Positions 7,301 through 17,532 of a stretch of DNA of 31,659 nt are shown here, piece by piece. Origin of the DNA: Candidatus Heimdallarchaeota archaeon. Its GTDB lineage: Archaea > Asgardarchaeota > Heimdallarchaeia > Heimdallarchaeales > Kariarchaeaceae. Both the position numbers and the translations under genes were made by a program. The notes beneath the pieces were generated by a model that was not told the origin of the DNA, ran no database searches, and saw only the letters and a list, made by a program, of their open reading frames with translations. Each line of letters starts with the position of its first letter. The stretch's first letter is position 1. The DNA lies in NCBI GenBank assembly GCA_015523565.1, contig WAKA01000050.1, positions 1-31,659 of the forward strand, given 5' to 3'.

Positions 7301-10300
7301 TCATATTTTTTCGAAGAGTATTCTGAGACTTCTCATTCCCAATTTGGATTTTGACATTAATTTTTTTATGTGGTTGATTTCTTGTGGTGTTTCTTTTTTG
7401 GGGAGGGTCTTGATTATATCCTCGATGATTTCTCTTTTGGTTAGGACAGGTTCTTTTGAGTAATTGGGATCTATATCGATATTGAGTTCTTCAATGATTT
7501 CTCGATATATTTTCATATTATTTTGGAAAATCTTTGGGTCAAGGAATATTGGAGTCCTAAAAGCGCCGTATCTGAAAACCCTTGATTCGGTCACATTCTT
7601 TATTATAATCTGTCCCTTGTTTCTGTCGAAGACGAGAGTGGTTCCAGGGGCGAGGGTTCTTTTAGCAAGTTCAAGCAATTGTTTTTTTGAGAACACTTCT
7701 GCGAGACGATATGTTTGTTTATTTCCTATTCGAGTATTTTTCCAAAAGTTGTAGTTTTGGATGAGGAGTGCCTTATCGAGGGTGAGTCTGTTGAGAATTC
7801 TGTAGAGAAGGGCTTCAAGGTAGAGATGAATTTTTGAGTAGTAATTGCTGGGATTCGGGAACAAGACATCGCCTTGGTGATATGTATCTGAGAAAGTTGG
7901 GTCTATGTCGGAGGGGTGAGTTGGGAAATGTCCAGGGAGTATCCGTAATTTTTGGATTGAAAATGGTCTATCATAGGCATCATGGGATTTTCCAGGGGGA
8001 TACCAAACATATACTGGTTTTAGGTGAGTGAATTGTTGTTTGAAGTCCATTTCGACTAAATTGTTGGCATTTCCAGAAGCAAGTTCTTTTAGTTCCATAA
8101 TCAGAGCAATTTCGATGCAGGTATTCCCATATTTTGAATTCAGTCTATTGATTGTATCTTGGTCAAGGAAATTCTTGATTTCGTGAAAGTAGCTTCCAAG
8201 GAACCTATCGATCATTTCGTCATTCTTGAATTTTTTCAGGAATTTCGATGCCAATTTTTTGTCGAGAGGTTTGTTTTTCAATAGGACATTGTCATCAAAG
8301 ATTCCTGTTGGAGGTCTAAATGGGAGGAATGTCAAGGATTTTCCATCTTTTATTCCCTGTACCAATTCAAGGAGAGGGATTGGAACTTCCTGACCAGCAA
8401 AAATCTCAGTGGTCAATCCACCGATTGGGCTTGGGAATCCAGCGGTTGATGATGATCTTATTGCGGGGGGCAAGTTTCCGAACCATTTGATGACAGTATT
8501 GGTATCGATTGTTTTAATTGAACCATTAAGGATGAATTTTCCATTTTTGAAGAATTGTGGGTGTTCTTTTTTGGGAATGATCAATCTGAAGAATTTGGAA
8601 TATGAGGTGATTTCCCTCACAGGCACAAAATTGTTGGTGTATTGAATCATACCGGTCACCCGTGTCCATGTCTGATAATTTTTAGTTGGAAAGGTTTCAA
8701 TCAAATTCCCGTTTTCATCAGGGATGATTCGGACAATTGTATTGCTGTTTTTTGGCACAAGCACTTCGAGGATTTTGGAGTATGCATCCTTTGGATCAGC
8801 CTGATTTGTAAACAGTAGTTTTAAATCAGAGACATCAAACAGCCTTTGATGGGTGAATGTTATTGGGTAATCTCGTTTAAGACCGTCAAGAATATTGTTG
8901 ACTTTGTTGATATCGACACCAGAAATCGAGAGTATATTGATTTCAGGCATCCAATGTCCGAAAATGAAGTTGCTTGCATGCCCTTGGTTTTTTGAGAGGA
9001 AAACACGGATGAATATTTCCCTTTGAAGTTCCCTGAATGTCACTAGGTCATCATTATCCAATGGAGTTCTGGAAAATATTGACTGTTGGGATTCATTGAG
9101 TTTGATTGAGAAAAGGTCAGGATTTTCGAATAATCGCACCGTTCCTGTTTCATCCAGATATTTTGTTATCCCAAATCGAACAATGGCACAATTTCCGATG
9201 GTTACGTTTTGGGGGCAGAAAAGAGTTTCCCGATCAATAATAGCCCGATATGTGTTTCCTTCTGCGTCTTTTAAAGGAATGAGTATTATGGAAGAGAAAT
9301 CCGTGACCTTGTCATTGACCTCAACCACAACCAAGTCGTCATGATTTTTTATTTTCAACAATTGGCTGGAGAGTGCATCTTGAACTGCTAAAGTCAGGGG
9401 GAAATCAATTCCCAGATTTTTGGGTTCGGGCCATCTTCCACTTCTCATGAATTCAATCATCTGATGTTGTGCAATCGAGTTTTCCATTTTTGCCACATAA
9501 CCGACGATAATCTTGTTTATTATTCGCATTTGAACCGCATTCAAGTCGGAAATCTTGTCCACCTTGAAATTGTTTTTTGCAATGGCTAATTTCAGGTCGT
9601 CTGTAGCAAAATCCAAAGCATTTAGGGAGCACAGTTCATTTGATGGCAAGGATGTGAACAAATTGATATCTCCAGCCATTGTTTTCAGCTTATTCCAGTC
9701 CCTTCCCAATCTGTCGATCCTTGCAAGACCGAAACCGTCAATGAAGGTTCTGTTATCAATAGCAGATTGGATAATTGGTGGATATCCACCCAGTTCACCA
9801 ATCAAAAGACCAGCATTTCCATTGGCATCCAAACTTTTCACAGGACTACTGAGGGAGGCAACTCCTGTAAGTGACAACTTGAATTCATCAATTGTATTGA
9901 GGTAGGAGTTTTCCATAATCGTTGCAACAAGAAAATTGGTGATTTTTGTCAGTCTATTAGTTTCCTCCAATGGTTCAGGAGGAACAATCAAAGTTAACCT
10001 ATCAGTTCCAATTCCAACTGTATTAACATCTATGGAGTGTTGTTTCACCAAATCAAGGGCTTTCAAAAAGGCTTGATCAAGGAGATCAACAGATTCATCG
10101 GAAATGGAAATGCCAACTTCCTTCATTTTTGAGATTATTGCCTTCTTTTGTTTTGAGGAGAGTTTTAATATAATATCCGTGATTGGGTTCCCATCAGTTG
10201 TAAAATTGGCTAAAAACATGGATCCAGGGAGTCTTGATTTTCCAAGGGCAATTTCGATTAGGTGGATTGCAGGGAATTCCCTTTCAATTATATTAAGATA

Positions 10301-10849
10301 CAGCTTTTGGGCAATTTCACCCTGAAAATGAAAGATTTCAGACCCTTTAATGAAATTTGCCTTGGGGTTCGAAATGATTTCAGCAATTGAATCATATTTT
10401 GCCAATTCATCCACATTCTTGTTATTGTTGATTAACCGGAAATATTCTTCAAGAATTTTGGAATCCGTTGTTCCAAAGTATGATTGGATTTTTGTGTCAT
10501 TGACAAATTGTGTTTTAGTCTTTGTGCTTTGATAATAGTAAAGGAAATTGACTTTTCGGGAAATTATTTCTTTTGGGGAAATGCCATCAATTTCATTGAG
10601 GAAATTTTTATGGTAGATTGTTTCGAGACCATTTCTTAGTGTATCGTCTAGAGGGATGATTCCTGACATCGTATAGGGAACTTCCCCCATACCCAAGAAA
10701 TTGAACATTGGACATGACGTCAAAATTGAATCTTCAAGGTTAATTGGAGGGTAAAATGCGGTCTCAAGACTGAAACAAAAGAGACCATCATCATATGAAC
10801 CCAAATGGGTTATGAAAAGAGGAAAAATATGTTCCAACTTGACATCCAC
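7301..10849 (-). CDS. Large hypothetical protein (1182 aa), no recognised domain; 5' end uncertain or possibly degraded
   Basis: 3.5-kb uninterrupted ORF with globular composition. No signal peptide or TM segment is evident. The GTG start is preceded in frame by 38 codons containing two stops. Confidence 0.8.
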   Translation of the reverse strand: MDVKLEHIFPLFITHLGSYDDGLFCFSLETAFYPPINLEDSILTSCPMFNFLGMGEVPYTMSGIIPLDDTLRNGLETIYHKNFLNEIDGISPKEIISRKVNFLYYYQSTKTKTQFVNDTKIQSYFGTTDSKILEEYFRLINNNKNVDELAKYDSIAEIISNPKANFIKGSEIFHFQGEIAQKLYLNIIEREFPAIHLIEIALGKSRLPGSMFLANFTTDGNPITDIILKLSSKQKKAIISKMKEVGISISDESVDLLDQAFLKALDLVKQHSIDVNTVGIGTDRLTLIVPPEPLEETNRLTKITNFLVATIMENSYLNTIDEFKLSLTGVASLSSPVKSLDANGNAGLLIGELGGYPPIIQSAIDNRTFIDGFGLARIDRLGRDWNKLKTMAGDINLFTSLPSNELCSLNALDFATDDLKLAIAKNNFKVDKISDLNAVQMRIINKIIVGYVAKMENSIAQHQMIEFMRSGRWPEPKNLGIDFPLTLAVQDALSSQLLKIKNHDDLVVVEVNDKVTDFSSIILIPLKDAEGNTYRAIIDRETLFCPQNVTIGNCAIVRFGITKYLDETGTVRLFENPDLFSIKLNESQQSIFSRTPLDNDDLVTFRELQREIFIRVFLSKNQGHASNFIFGHWMPEINILSISGVDINKVNNILDGLKRDYPITFTHQRLFDVSDLKLLFTNQADPKDAYSKILEVLVPKNSNTIVRIIPDENGNLIETFPTKNYQTWTRVTGMIQYTNNFVPVREITSYSKFFRLIIPKKEHPQFFKNGKFILNGSIKTIDTNTVIKWFGNLPPAIRSSSTAGFPSPIGGLTTEIFAGQEVPIPLLELVQGIKDGKSLTFLPFRPPTGIFDDNVLLKNKPLDKKLASKFLKKFKNDEMIDRFLGSYFHEIKNFLDQDTINRLNSKYGNTCIEIALIMELKELASGNANNLVEMDFKQQFTHLKPVYVWYPPGKSHDAYDRPFSIQKLRILPGHFPTHPSDIDPTFSDTYHQGDVLFPNPSNYYSKIHLYLEALLYRILNRLTLDKALLIQNYNFWKNTRIGNKQTYRLAEVFSKKQLLELAKRTLAPGTTLVFDRNKGQIIIKNVTESRVFRYGAFRTPIFLDPKIFQNNMKIYREIIEELNIDIDPNYSKEPVLTKREIIEDIIKTLPKKETPQEINHIKKLMSKSKLGMRSLRILFEKI

Positions 10850-11067
10850 TCCTGTTTAAAAGTTGAATTTCCAAGTCCCCTATATTTCAGAGCATTGCCA
10901 TACACCATATAATCCATCATTTTCAGATTCCATATTAGAGTTTCGGGAATTGATCATTATCATGTTATTTCAATTTCATGCAGGATTTAAAAGTCATCAG
11001 GAATAGAATTTTCACTTATATTATGTTAAATCCAATACCATTGGTGCAAAAAACAGGCTATAAGAAA

Positions 11068-11075
11068 TTTTAATA
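11068..11075 (+). promoter_or_regulatory. TATA-like box of surface protein A / ABC cassette
   Basis: TTTTAATA starts 30 nt before ATG 11098. The same motif and spacing occur before paralog B. Confidence 0.65.
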
Positions 11076-11097
11076 ACGGAATCCAAAAATGAAAAAT

Positions 11098-11847
11098 ATG
11101 CACAACAAAAAAATTAAGGGATCATTTGTTTCGATTTTGGTTATTGCAATGTTGATTGTGCAAATCAATGATATCTACAATTTGATAGAGTATTACAAGA
11201 CCCCAACCAGTCCAAATTACTCTACAGACTTGTGGAGCACGGAATACGATGTGATTGACAATCCAGATGATTATGTGCTATCCTTATCAATAAATTACCC
11301 TATGAGCTCAAGTAATTACAAACGGACGGTTCGAGGGAATAACATCACGGTAATGAACATCAATGGAACTGTGCAAAATGCACCCTTTAGCGTGTTGATT
11401 GGTACTTCCGTGGTGGAAATGGTTGCGGCAGAGCTTTTTTTTGTTATTGCTATTTACAGTGGAGGGAAATTGTACAAGGATGATTATTATTTTTTCAGAA
11501 ATGACAAGGAAAACAATATCACAAGTTTTGAAAAAAGTTTCCAAGTTGAGACAAAAGCCACGGGGAAAAGTGTTTTTGAGGAGAAGGAGTTCCAAATCTT
11601 TTACAAGTACAAAGAAACATTCATTATGAAAAACGGGAGTAAGCAATGGATAATAGTAGGATACTACCAGATAGAATTAGGGAATGGAACAAACTATGCC
11701 GTTTTAAACCAAATAGGTGTAGGGTCACCAGATCTTATAATCAGGGTTCTCAATCCAATCAGGCTGGTAATTGATGGGGGGTTGTTTATTGCGACTGTTG
11801 CAATCATGATTCAAATGTATAGAAGACGACAAGAATGGTTCGGTTAA
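11098..11847 (+). CDS. Doubly membrane-anchored extracellular protein, paralog A (249 aa from ATG 11098)
   Basis: N-terminal hydrophobic helix, about 190-aa beta-rich loop with several N-x-S/T sequons, C-terminal TM plus basic tail. Aligns without gaps to 17533..18282. Confidence 0.85.
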   Translation: MHNKKIKGSFVSILVIAMLIVQINDIYNLIEYYKTPTSPNYSTDLWSTEYDVIDNPDDYVLSLSINYPMSSSNYKRTVRGNNITVMNINGTVQNAPFSVLIGTSVVEMVAAELFFVIAIYSGGKLYKDDYYFFRNDKENNITSFEKSFQVETKATGKSVFEEKEFQIFYKYKETFIMKNGSKQWIIVGYYQIELGNGTNYAVLNQIGVGSPDLIIRVLNPIRLVIDGGLFIATVAIMIQMYRRRQEWFG

Positions 11848-14303
11848 CCGTGGTTACCATGAGCAAGTACAGTCATATTTCTGTAGACAAGTCATTCAGC
11901 AAATCATTTTTGACAATTTTCATATATTTTCTTGTTTTCATTTCCATTTTGAATCAGGGCAGTATAAACCTTGAGGGGGATTGGGAGAAAACCATTGCAA
12001 TAGTGGGGTCAGAGACGAACAAATGGGAAGGTGAGACGAATATATTTTCACAGGTTGTTTTCAAGCCATATTTTGTGGATGGAATAACTGTTTATTCAAC
12101 TAAAATACGGGATGGGCAATTGGGGATGACAATGAATTCCAAGGTTATGGAGAATTATTCGGAAATATGGTTGATTGTTTCATGGAAAGGTAGTTTTCAA
12201 TTATCCAATACAACAATTAGTGAGGGAATTGCTTGGGATAAAACCATTGGAGAGCCAATTGTGTTGCAATATGGTAATCAAAGCATTTTTAGGTTTATGC
12301 CTGACAAACAGCTAAAGATATCCCAAGTAGAAGTCATCAATTGGCTCAATGTAAAATCGAGAGGATTCATTCAGATAGGCAATAAGAGTCTTGTTCTTTT
12401 CAACATGGTTAATTTTCCATTTTCATTGTTAAATACGACAACAATAAAGAGGTATGATTTTTGGGATTATCCAGATGGTGCAGAAAAGGATGATACAAAT
12501 GAGATTATAAAGACTTCGAATCAATTGGAGACAAAGATTTTGAATTTACTTACGTTTGCAAATTACACCATTGTTTTACAATGGTCATTCTTGGTTGACA
12601 AGATTTTTGAAAAAAGGCAGGAACAGGTGTCAATCAATATATTTTACTTTGTTTTTCTTCTTCTTACAATTCAATTTGCAATTTATTTTAAGCATAAAGG
12701 AGAATTGAAATCATCGTATATCCATAATCTCTTAATAAGGGGTCTCACACCAAGAAACATATTTTTTGATCAACTAAGAGAGAGCATTGTGATTGAATTA
12801 CTGCATATTGCCATTGCCTATATTCTAACGTTATTTTATATGAAAAAGGGGATAATTGAAATATCTGCATTGCCGTTTATTGTGAGTATTTTTATGCTGA
12901 ATATCATTTCAACGATGATTGTACTGTTGCGATCAATTGGGGAATATGATTTATACACAGGGGAATTTATAGAGGAAGAGAAAATTGGAGCCAATCTTAA
13001 GAGATTCATCAATTGGGTTTTCCTTATTTTCATTATCTTATTGGTTGGCACAAACATTTCTCGTTTTTTAAGGCAAGAGATTGCCATACAGGTGATCAAG
13101 GTTTTCTTACTGACAGGTACAGGATATTTAATTCATAGACATTTTTCAGATATTTTCCTTGAGACAGGCAAGCATATCCCAAAATTTTCAAAAAGCATGG
13201 CAATGCTGTCTCGATCGCGTGATTTTTCAAAAAAAATCAGGGGATTGTCTTCCCTTGTCACACTTATTTTTTTGGCAACCATTCTTTTTTCACAACTTTC
13301 ATTTGCGGGAAAATACACAAGTGACATTGAACATACACTTTTGATTGGAGATTACTATTTGGAAAATATAGATGAGGGAACGTTAAGTAAACTAAAAATG
13401 TCACCCTTTATTGAGGGCTACGTCGGGATTAACAGAACAGATGCATATTCGTTAATATTGAATGGGGAAACATATGAGCTAGCCATTTCAGTTTTCTTGG
13501 TTAATTTTACCCAGATGGATGAAGTAATTGGAGAAAATGCATATTGGCAAAGGATCAAGACATTTGTTTCAGGGGAGGGGGCGATTGTTTCGAGAAGCAT
13601 ATCAGCTAAATTGGGGATAAAATCCGATGATACAATTGAGTTTATAGGTTCTGAAAATAAATCGAGGGTATTGGGGATTTTGCCGCTGTTTCCAGGCATA
13701 TTTGACAAGAATTGGATTGTCATCAATTCAGCAATCGTTATAGATGGAGAAAAGCAGGCAAACATAGCTATAAGAACAAAATCAAGGGAAAGGTTCGTGA
13801 GTTGGTATGAGAGTAATTTAGGATATTTTAATCCAAAGGAGGTCACTATTCGAGAAGTGTTTCAAATCAATTTCTTTATTGGAATGAAGTATTTGTTTTA
13901 CTCGATGATAAGGGTGAGGACTCAAGAGCTTGGAATGCTTTTTGGGATTTTTGCATTGTTTTTTTTATTGGAGGTTGCAAAGATCGTTTCTGCAATTATT
14001 GGTGATCATTTGAAATGGAGGCCAATAATGATTTCAAGGGGCAGTCCTGAAAAAAATATGAGAAAACTGCTATATGATCCACTTGACATATTTTTCTCAA
14101 CTTTTGCCTTATGGATCGCAGTTGCCTTGGTTCTGTCAACAGTCATATTCCAGACTGTATTTGGAAGCATGGTTGAAGAAGTACCTGTTGAAACACCATA
14201 TCTTTTATTGGTTTTTTCAATTTCAATAGGTATATTTGTCTATTTGGTTTTTGCATTGAAGACGAAAATTGGAAAGATAAGAATGAGGTGGTTAATTGCA
14301 TAA
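11835..14303 (+). CDS. FtsX/MacB-like ABC permease 1 (two FtsX-like halves); start 11835 or 11859
   Basis: TM-ectodomain-TM cluster pattern occurs twice. Coupling-helix-like LLIRGLTPRNI and MISRGSPEKNM. In an operon with a LolD-type ATPase. Confidence 0.75.
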   Translation: MVRLTVVTMSKYSHISVDKSFSKSFLTIFIYFLVFISILNQGSINLEGDWEKTIAIVGSETNKWEGETNIFSQVVFKPYFVDGITVYSTKIRDGQLGMTMNSKVMENYSEIWLIVSWKGSFQLSNTTISEGIAWDKTIGEPIVLQYGNQSIFRFMPDKQLKISQVEVINWLNVKSRGFIQIGNKSLVLFNMVNFPFSLLNTTTIKRYDFWDYPDGAEKDDTNEIIKTSNQLETKILNLLTFANYTIVLQWSFLVDKIFEKRQEQVSINIFYFVFLLLTIQFAIYFKHKGELKSSYIHNLLIRGLTPRNIFFDQLRESIVIELLHIAIAYILTLFYMKKGIIEISALPFIVSIFMLNIISTMIVLLRSIGEYDLYTGEFIEEEKIGANLKRFINWVFLIFIILLVGTNISRFLRQEIAIQVIKVFLLTGTGYLIHRHFSDIFLETGKHIPKFSKSMAMLSRSRDFSKKIRGLSSLVTLIFLATILFSQLSFAGKYTSDIEHTLLIGDYYLENIDEGTLSKLKMSPFIEGYVGINRTDAYSLILNGETYELAISVFLVNFTQMDEVIGENAYWQRIKTFVSGEGAIVSRSISAKLGIKSDDTIEFIGSENKSRVLGILPLFPGIFDKNWIVINSAIVIDGEKQANIAIRTKSRERFVSWYESNLGYFNPKEVTIREVFQINFFIGMKYLFYSMIRVRTQELGMLFGIFALFFLLEVAKIVSAIIGDHLKWRPIMISRGSPEKNMRKLLYDPLDIFFSTFALWIAVALVLSTVIFQTVFGSMVEEVPVETPYLLLVFSISIGIFVYLVFALKTKIGKIRMRWLIA

Positions 14304-16665
14304 GTTTGTATTGCTAGCCCTTACAAGAAATAAAAAGCAGACTATGGTAAATATATTGACATTTCTCATGATCCCATTGACAATATCTTCTGTTTTTATT
14401 GTTTCAAACGGAATCGAACAAGAAATGATTAATCAGTTTTTGAAAGAGAAAAATGATTATGACTACTCCTTAGTGCAACCTGCGCAGGGAGAGATAAGAA
14501 TTGCCAAGAAATTGAACCAATTGGAAAACATAAAGGATCAAATTCTCATACAACCGATTGTTGAAGAATTTCAGACAATTTCAATCCTTAAGGATTACGT
14601 CAAGGTTTGTGGGGGTTCATGCTTTTTTGTAGACCTTGTGATCTCAGACAGTGTAACAGACATGACATATATTGAAGAAACCAATAGACCAAGTGAAAAT
14701 TATAGTTTCATGGTATTTTCGAAAATAACTCAAAATGGGACTATAAGACCAAAAGAAATTAAGTCAGTTAAGATAGAAAATAACTCATTTCAGATTTTGG
14801 GATTATTTAAGCTGGAAGTTGTGAAACCGATTTTGATAATCCCTACAATGAGGGCTATTGACATTTTTAAAACAAAGGTTCATATTGCAAATGATAGTGC
14901 TTTTATTGAAACATTTGAAGGGAAGATGAAATCAGTAATTTATGCAAATTTTAGTAGGGATTTCCTTGGTGAATTTAAAAAAATAGGTGCAATTGGCACT
15001 GTAACGCGCAATTTTGATGAAACCCTTAAAAAGGCGATAGGGTATTCAATAACTTATTCAAGATTTTTGAATGAATTTGAAAATTTGAAAGCCTCATTCA
15101 GTCTTTTTGAAACGTATTTATTCTTGATGGCCTTTCCGATTTGGATTATGTTCATCAAAGTATACTCGACAATGAAGAAGCAAAAAAGGGACTTTATTGG
15201 AAAATATCAAGAAGGGCTCATTAATAGGGGAATAGATCAAGTGGAAATTGCAAAAGCAGAAACATTGTGGATCTTATTGGTTGCCCTGATTGCAGTAACT
15301 GCATATGTTTTTCTTGGATTTATTCTGCTTTTATTTTTTCAAATGCGAGAGGGAATAGTAATCTCATTGATTACCAGTTTCATTTCATTATTTGGTCTAA
15401 TTATCGAAATAAACTTGCCTAAGAAAAAAACAAAAGAACAAAAGTCAATATCTTTCAAACGGCAAATCCAAGTTCTGCTACTAACCTATTTTATTGTTTC
15501 ACTCATGTCATTTCTTGGAGTGTTGATATTTCTTTCGGGCGGTAGTTTTATTTATAGTGTAATTCCTCAAGGCACAAAATCAATCATGATTTTAATTTTC
15601 AAGATAGTAGGCATGAGTTTTATTATTTTTATTGCGTTAAGGCAGTTACTGAATCAGGCTATTTCAAAAAAATTTTTTGTGATAAAGAAAATGGACAACA
15701 AAGGAAAGAGTTTCAGTCAAACCTTGGGGATCATGATAATTGCAAATTTGATTTTCATGATCATTCTTTTTGTACATAATTCATCTATAGACCATTATCT
15801 GTTGGGAAACAATAACTTCCAAATAGATGATGAAAAATATTCGGGATTGCCAGCAGGGATAAAAGAAAAAATTGTAGAAATAGAAGTTTTCCAGATATTT
15901 AGCTATGAAGGGGAAATAAATGTCTTCATCATAAACGAGACAGATATCTCAAAATTTTCCAACATTGTCCAAAATGATATGGGGATAAATTTATCACCGT
16001 TAGGATTAAAGTTTGGAAAAGGAATTATTGGATCAAATCTAGAATCATTGCTGAAAGCAAACGGCACCTTTCTCAAAATTCCAATATTGAACATCTCGGC
16101 AGATATTGTTGGATCATTTGACCATTTTGATCTCTTATCGGATTATGGGGGAATTGACAAATGGGTCTTAATAGTAGATGATAAAAGTGGAGCAAAAACA
16201 AAATTGTGGATAACAGATTCAATGTCGGATCAAGAGGTCAATGTCCTTAAAAGTAAGGGAGTTTATGCGATTAGACCGCCTACATTAATCCGTACTATTT
16301 TCTATAAGACAACCGTTTTTTCAAAGTTTGTGGATATTTTTAATGAACTTTTAATGGTCAATTATTTTATTGGATTATTAGAACATTATTACATCCTGAT
16401 TAGATCAAGACTTATCAAAAAATTATCCATCAGGGGAATTCCAAAAAGGAAAGGATATCTGTTCTCAGTCCAATATGTGCTTTCATTTAATAAAATGAAT
16501 TGGATCACTTATTTCTCAATTGGGGGGATGATTTACCTATTTGGGACAATGGAATATGAAGTAGTCCAGTCCACTGTTCTTAAATGGTTTTTTTTGGTTT
16601 TTCTTTTGAATGGGCTGGTTTTGTCTTTGATTTTTAATCAATGGAGGAAAATTCAAAATGTATGA
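14296..16665 (+). CDS. FtsX/MacB-like ABC permease 2 (two FtsX-like halves)
   Basis: N-terminal LALTRNKKQT helix plus TM typical of MacB-type permeases. LINRGIDQVEI and LSIRGIPKRK motifs. Overlaps both neighbours by 8 nt. Confidence 0.75.
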   Translation: MHKFVLLALTRNKKQTMVNILTFLMIPLTISSVFIVSNGIEQEMINQFLKEKNDYDYSLVQPAQGEIRIAKKLNQLENIKDQILIQPIVEEFQTISILKDYVKVCGGSCFFVDLVISDSVTDMTYIEETNRPSENYSFMVFSKITQNGTIRPKEIKSVKIENNSFQILGLFKLEVVKPILIIPTMRAIDIFKTKVHIANDSAFIETFEGKMKSVIYANFSRDFLGEFKKIGAIGTVTRNFDETLKKAIGYSITYSRFLNEFENLKASFSLFETYLFLMAFPIWIMFIKVYSTMKKQKRDFIGKYQEGLINRGIDQVEIAKAETLWILLVALIAVTAYVFLGFILLLFFQMREGIVISLITSFISLFGLIIEINLPKKKTKEQKSISFKRQIQVLLLTYFIVSLMSFLGVLIFLSGGSFIYSVIPQGTKSIMILIFKIVGMSFIIFIALRQLLNQAISKKFFVIKKMDNKGKSFSQTLGIMIIANLIFMIILFVHNSSIDHYLLGNNNFQIDDEKYSGLPAGIKEKIVEIEVFQIFSYEGEINVFIINETDISKFSNIVQNDMGINLSPLGLKFGKGIIGSNLESLLKANGTFLKIPILNISADIVGSFDHFDLLSDYGGIDKWVLIVDDKSGAKTKLWITDSMSDQEVNVLKSKGVYAIRPPTLIRTIFYKTTVFSKFVDIFNELLMVNYFIGLLEHYYILIRSRLIKKLSIRGIPKRKGYLFSVQYVLSFNKMNWITYFSIGGMIYLFGTMEYEVVQSTVLKWFFLVFLLNGLVLSLIFNQWRKIQNV

Positions 16666-17326
16666 AATTGTAAAATGTGAAAATATATTTCACGCCTATC
16701 ATGGCAAAGAAGAGAATGTTGTGTTACAAGGAATTTCATTCTCAGTGAATGAAAAAGAGAAAATTGCAATAGTTGGAAAAAGTGGAAGCGGAAAAACAAC
16801 ATTGCTGAAGATAATTGGTTCGTTGATTATTCCAAGTGGGGGAAAAATTATAGTTCAGGGAAACAATTTGAGAAGCCTTACTGTTCCAGAAGTATTAGAA
16901 TTTAGGAGGAAATATGTTGGATTTGTGTTTCAAGACAACAATCTAATAGATTTCTTGACAATTAAGGAAAATATTGAGTTACCCATGAAATTTATCAATT
17001 TACCAAGAGATGAAAGAGAAAAACGAATTGAAGAGATTGCAGAAGCCTTAGATATAAAGAGACACCTATATTCCCTTCCAAAAGAATTGAGTGGTGGAGA
17101 AATCCAGAGAGCAGGAATAGGAGTTGCTGTTGCCAATTACCCGCCTTTGATTCTTGCAGATGAGCCTACTGGAAATTTAGATTTCAAAACATCAGAAATG
17201 GTTTACGAATATTTCAACAATATTTCAGAACAGTTCAATAGCACATTGATAATTGTATCACATGATACAAATATCAAAAATTTTGTTGATAGGGTACTGG
17301 ATATGAGACAAATCAATAAAATTTGA
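16658..17326 (+). CDS. ABC transporter ATP-binding protein, LolD/MacB/FtsE family
   Basis: Walker A GKSGSGKTT, Q-loop GFVFQ, signature LSGGE, Walker B ILADEPTGNLD, H-loop VSHD. Confidence 0.95.
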   Translation: MYEIVKCENIFHAYHGKEENVVLQGISFSVNEKEKIAIVGKSGSGKTTLLKIIGSLIIPSGGKIIVQGNNLRSLTVPEVLEFRRKYVGFVFQDNNLIDFLTIKENIELPMKFINLPRDEREKRIEEIAEALDIKRHLYSLPKELSGGEIQRAGIGVAVANYPPLILADEPTGNLDFKTSEMVYEYFNNISEQFNSTLIIVSHDTNIKNFVDRVLDMRQINKI

Positions 17327-17502
17327 TGGTAGACCCTATAACAAATCAATTGATTTTAAACATTCAGGCAAGATGTTGAAAAGATTGTCTATTGAGTGCA
17401 TCCATGAAAATTTGGGACGGAAAACAAGATCGCATAATTAAGATGTTACAAAATAAGAATATACAGCCAGTATTTCTGTGAAAAATCGGTTGTCATGGGA
17501 AG

Positions 17503-17510
17503 TTTTAATA
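17503..17510 (+). promoter_or_regulatory. TATA-like box of paralog B
   Basis: TTTTAATA starts 30 nt before ATG 17533, homologous to 11068-11075. Confidence 0.65.
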
Positions 17511-17532
17511 ATTAATTCCAAAAACGAAAAAC

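Noticed and set aside
10854-10862. TTTAAAC slippery-like heptamer upstream of the giant ORF
   Set aside because: It is in the wrong phase for a -1 shift from the open upstream frame, and the target frame has TAA at that point.
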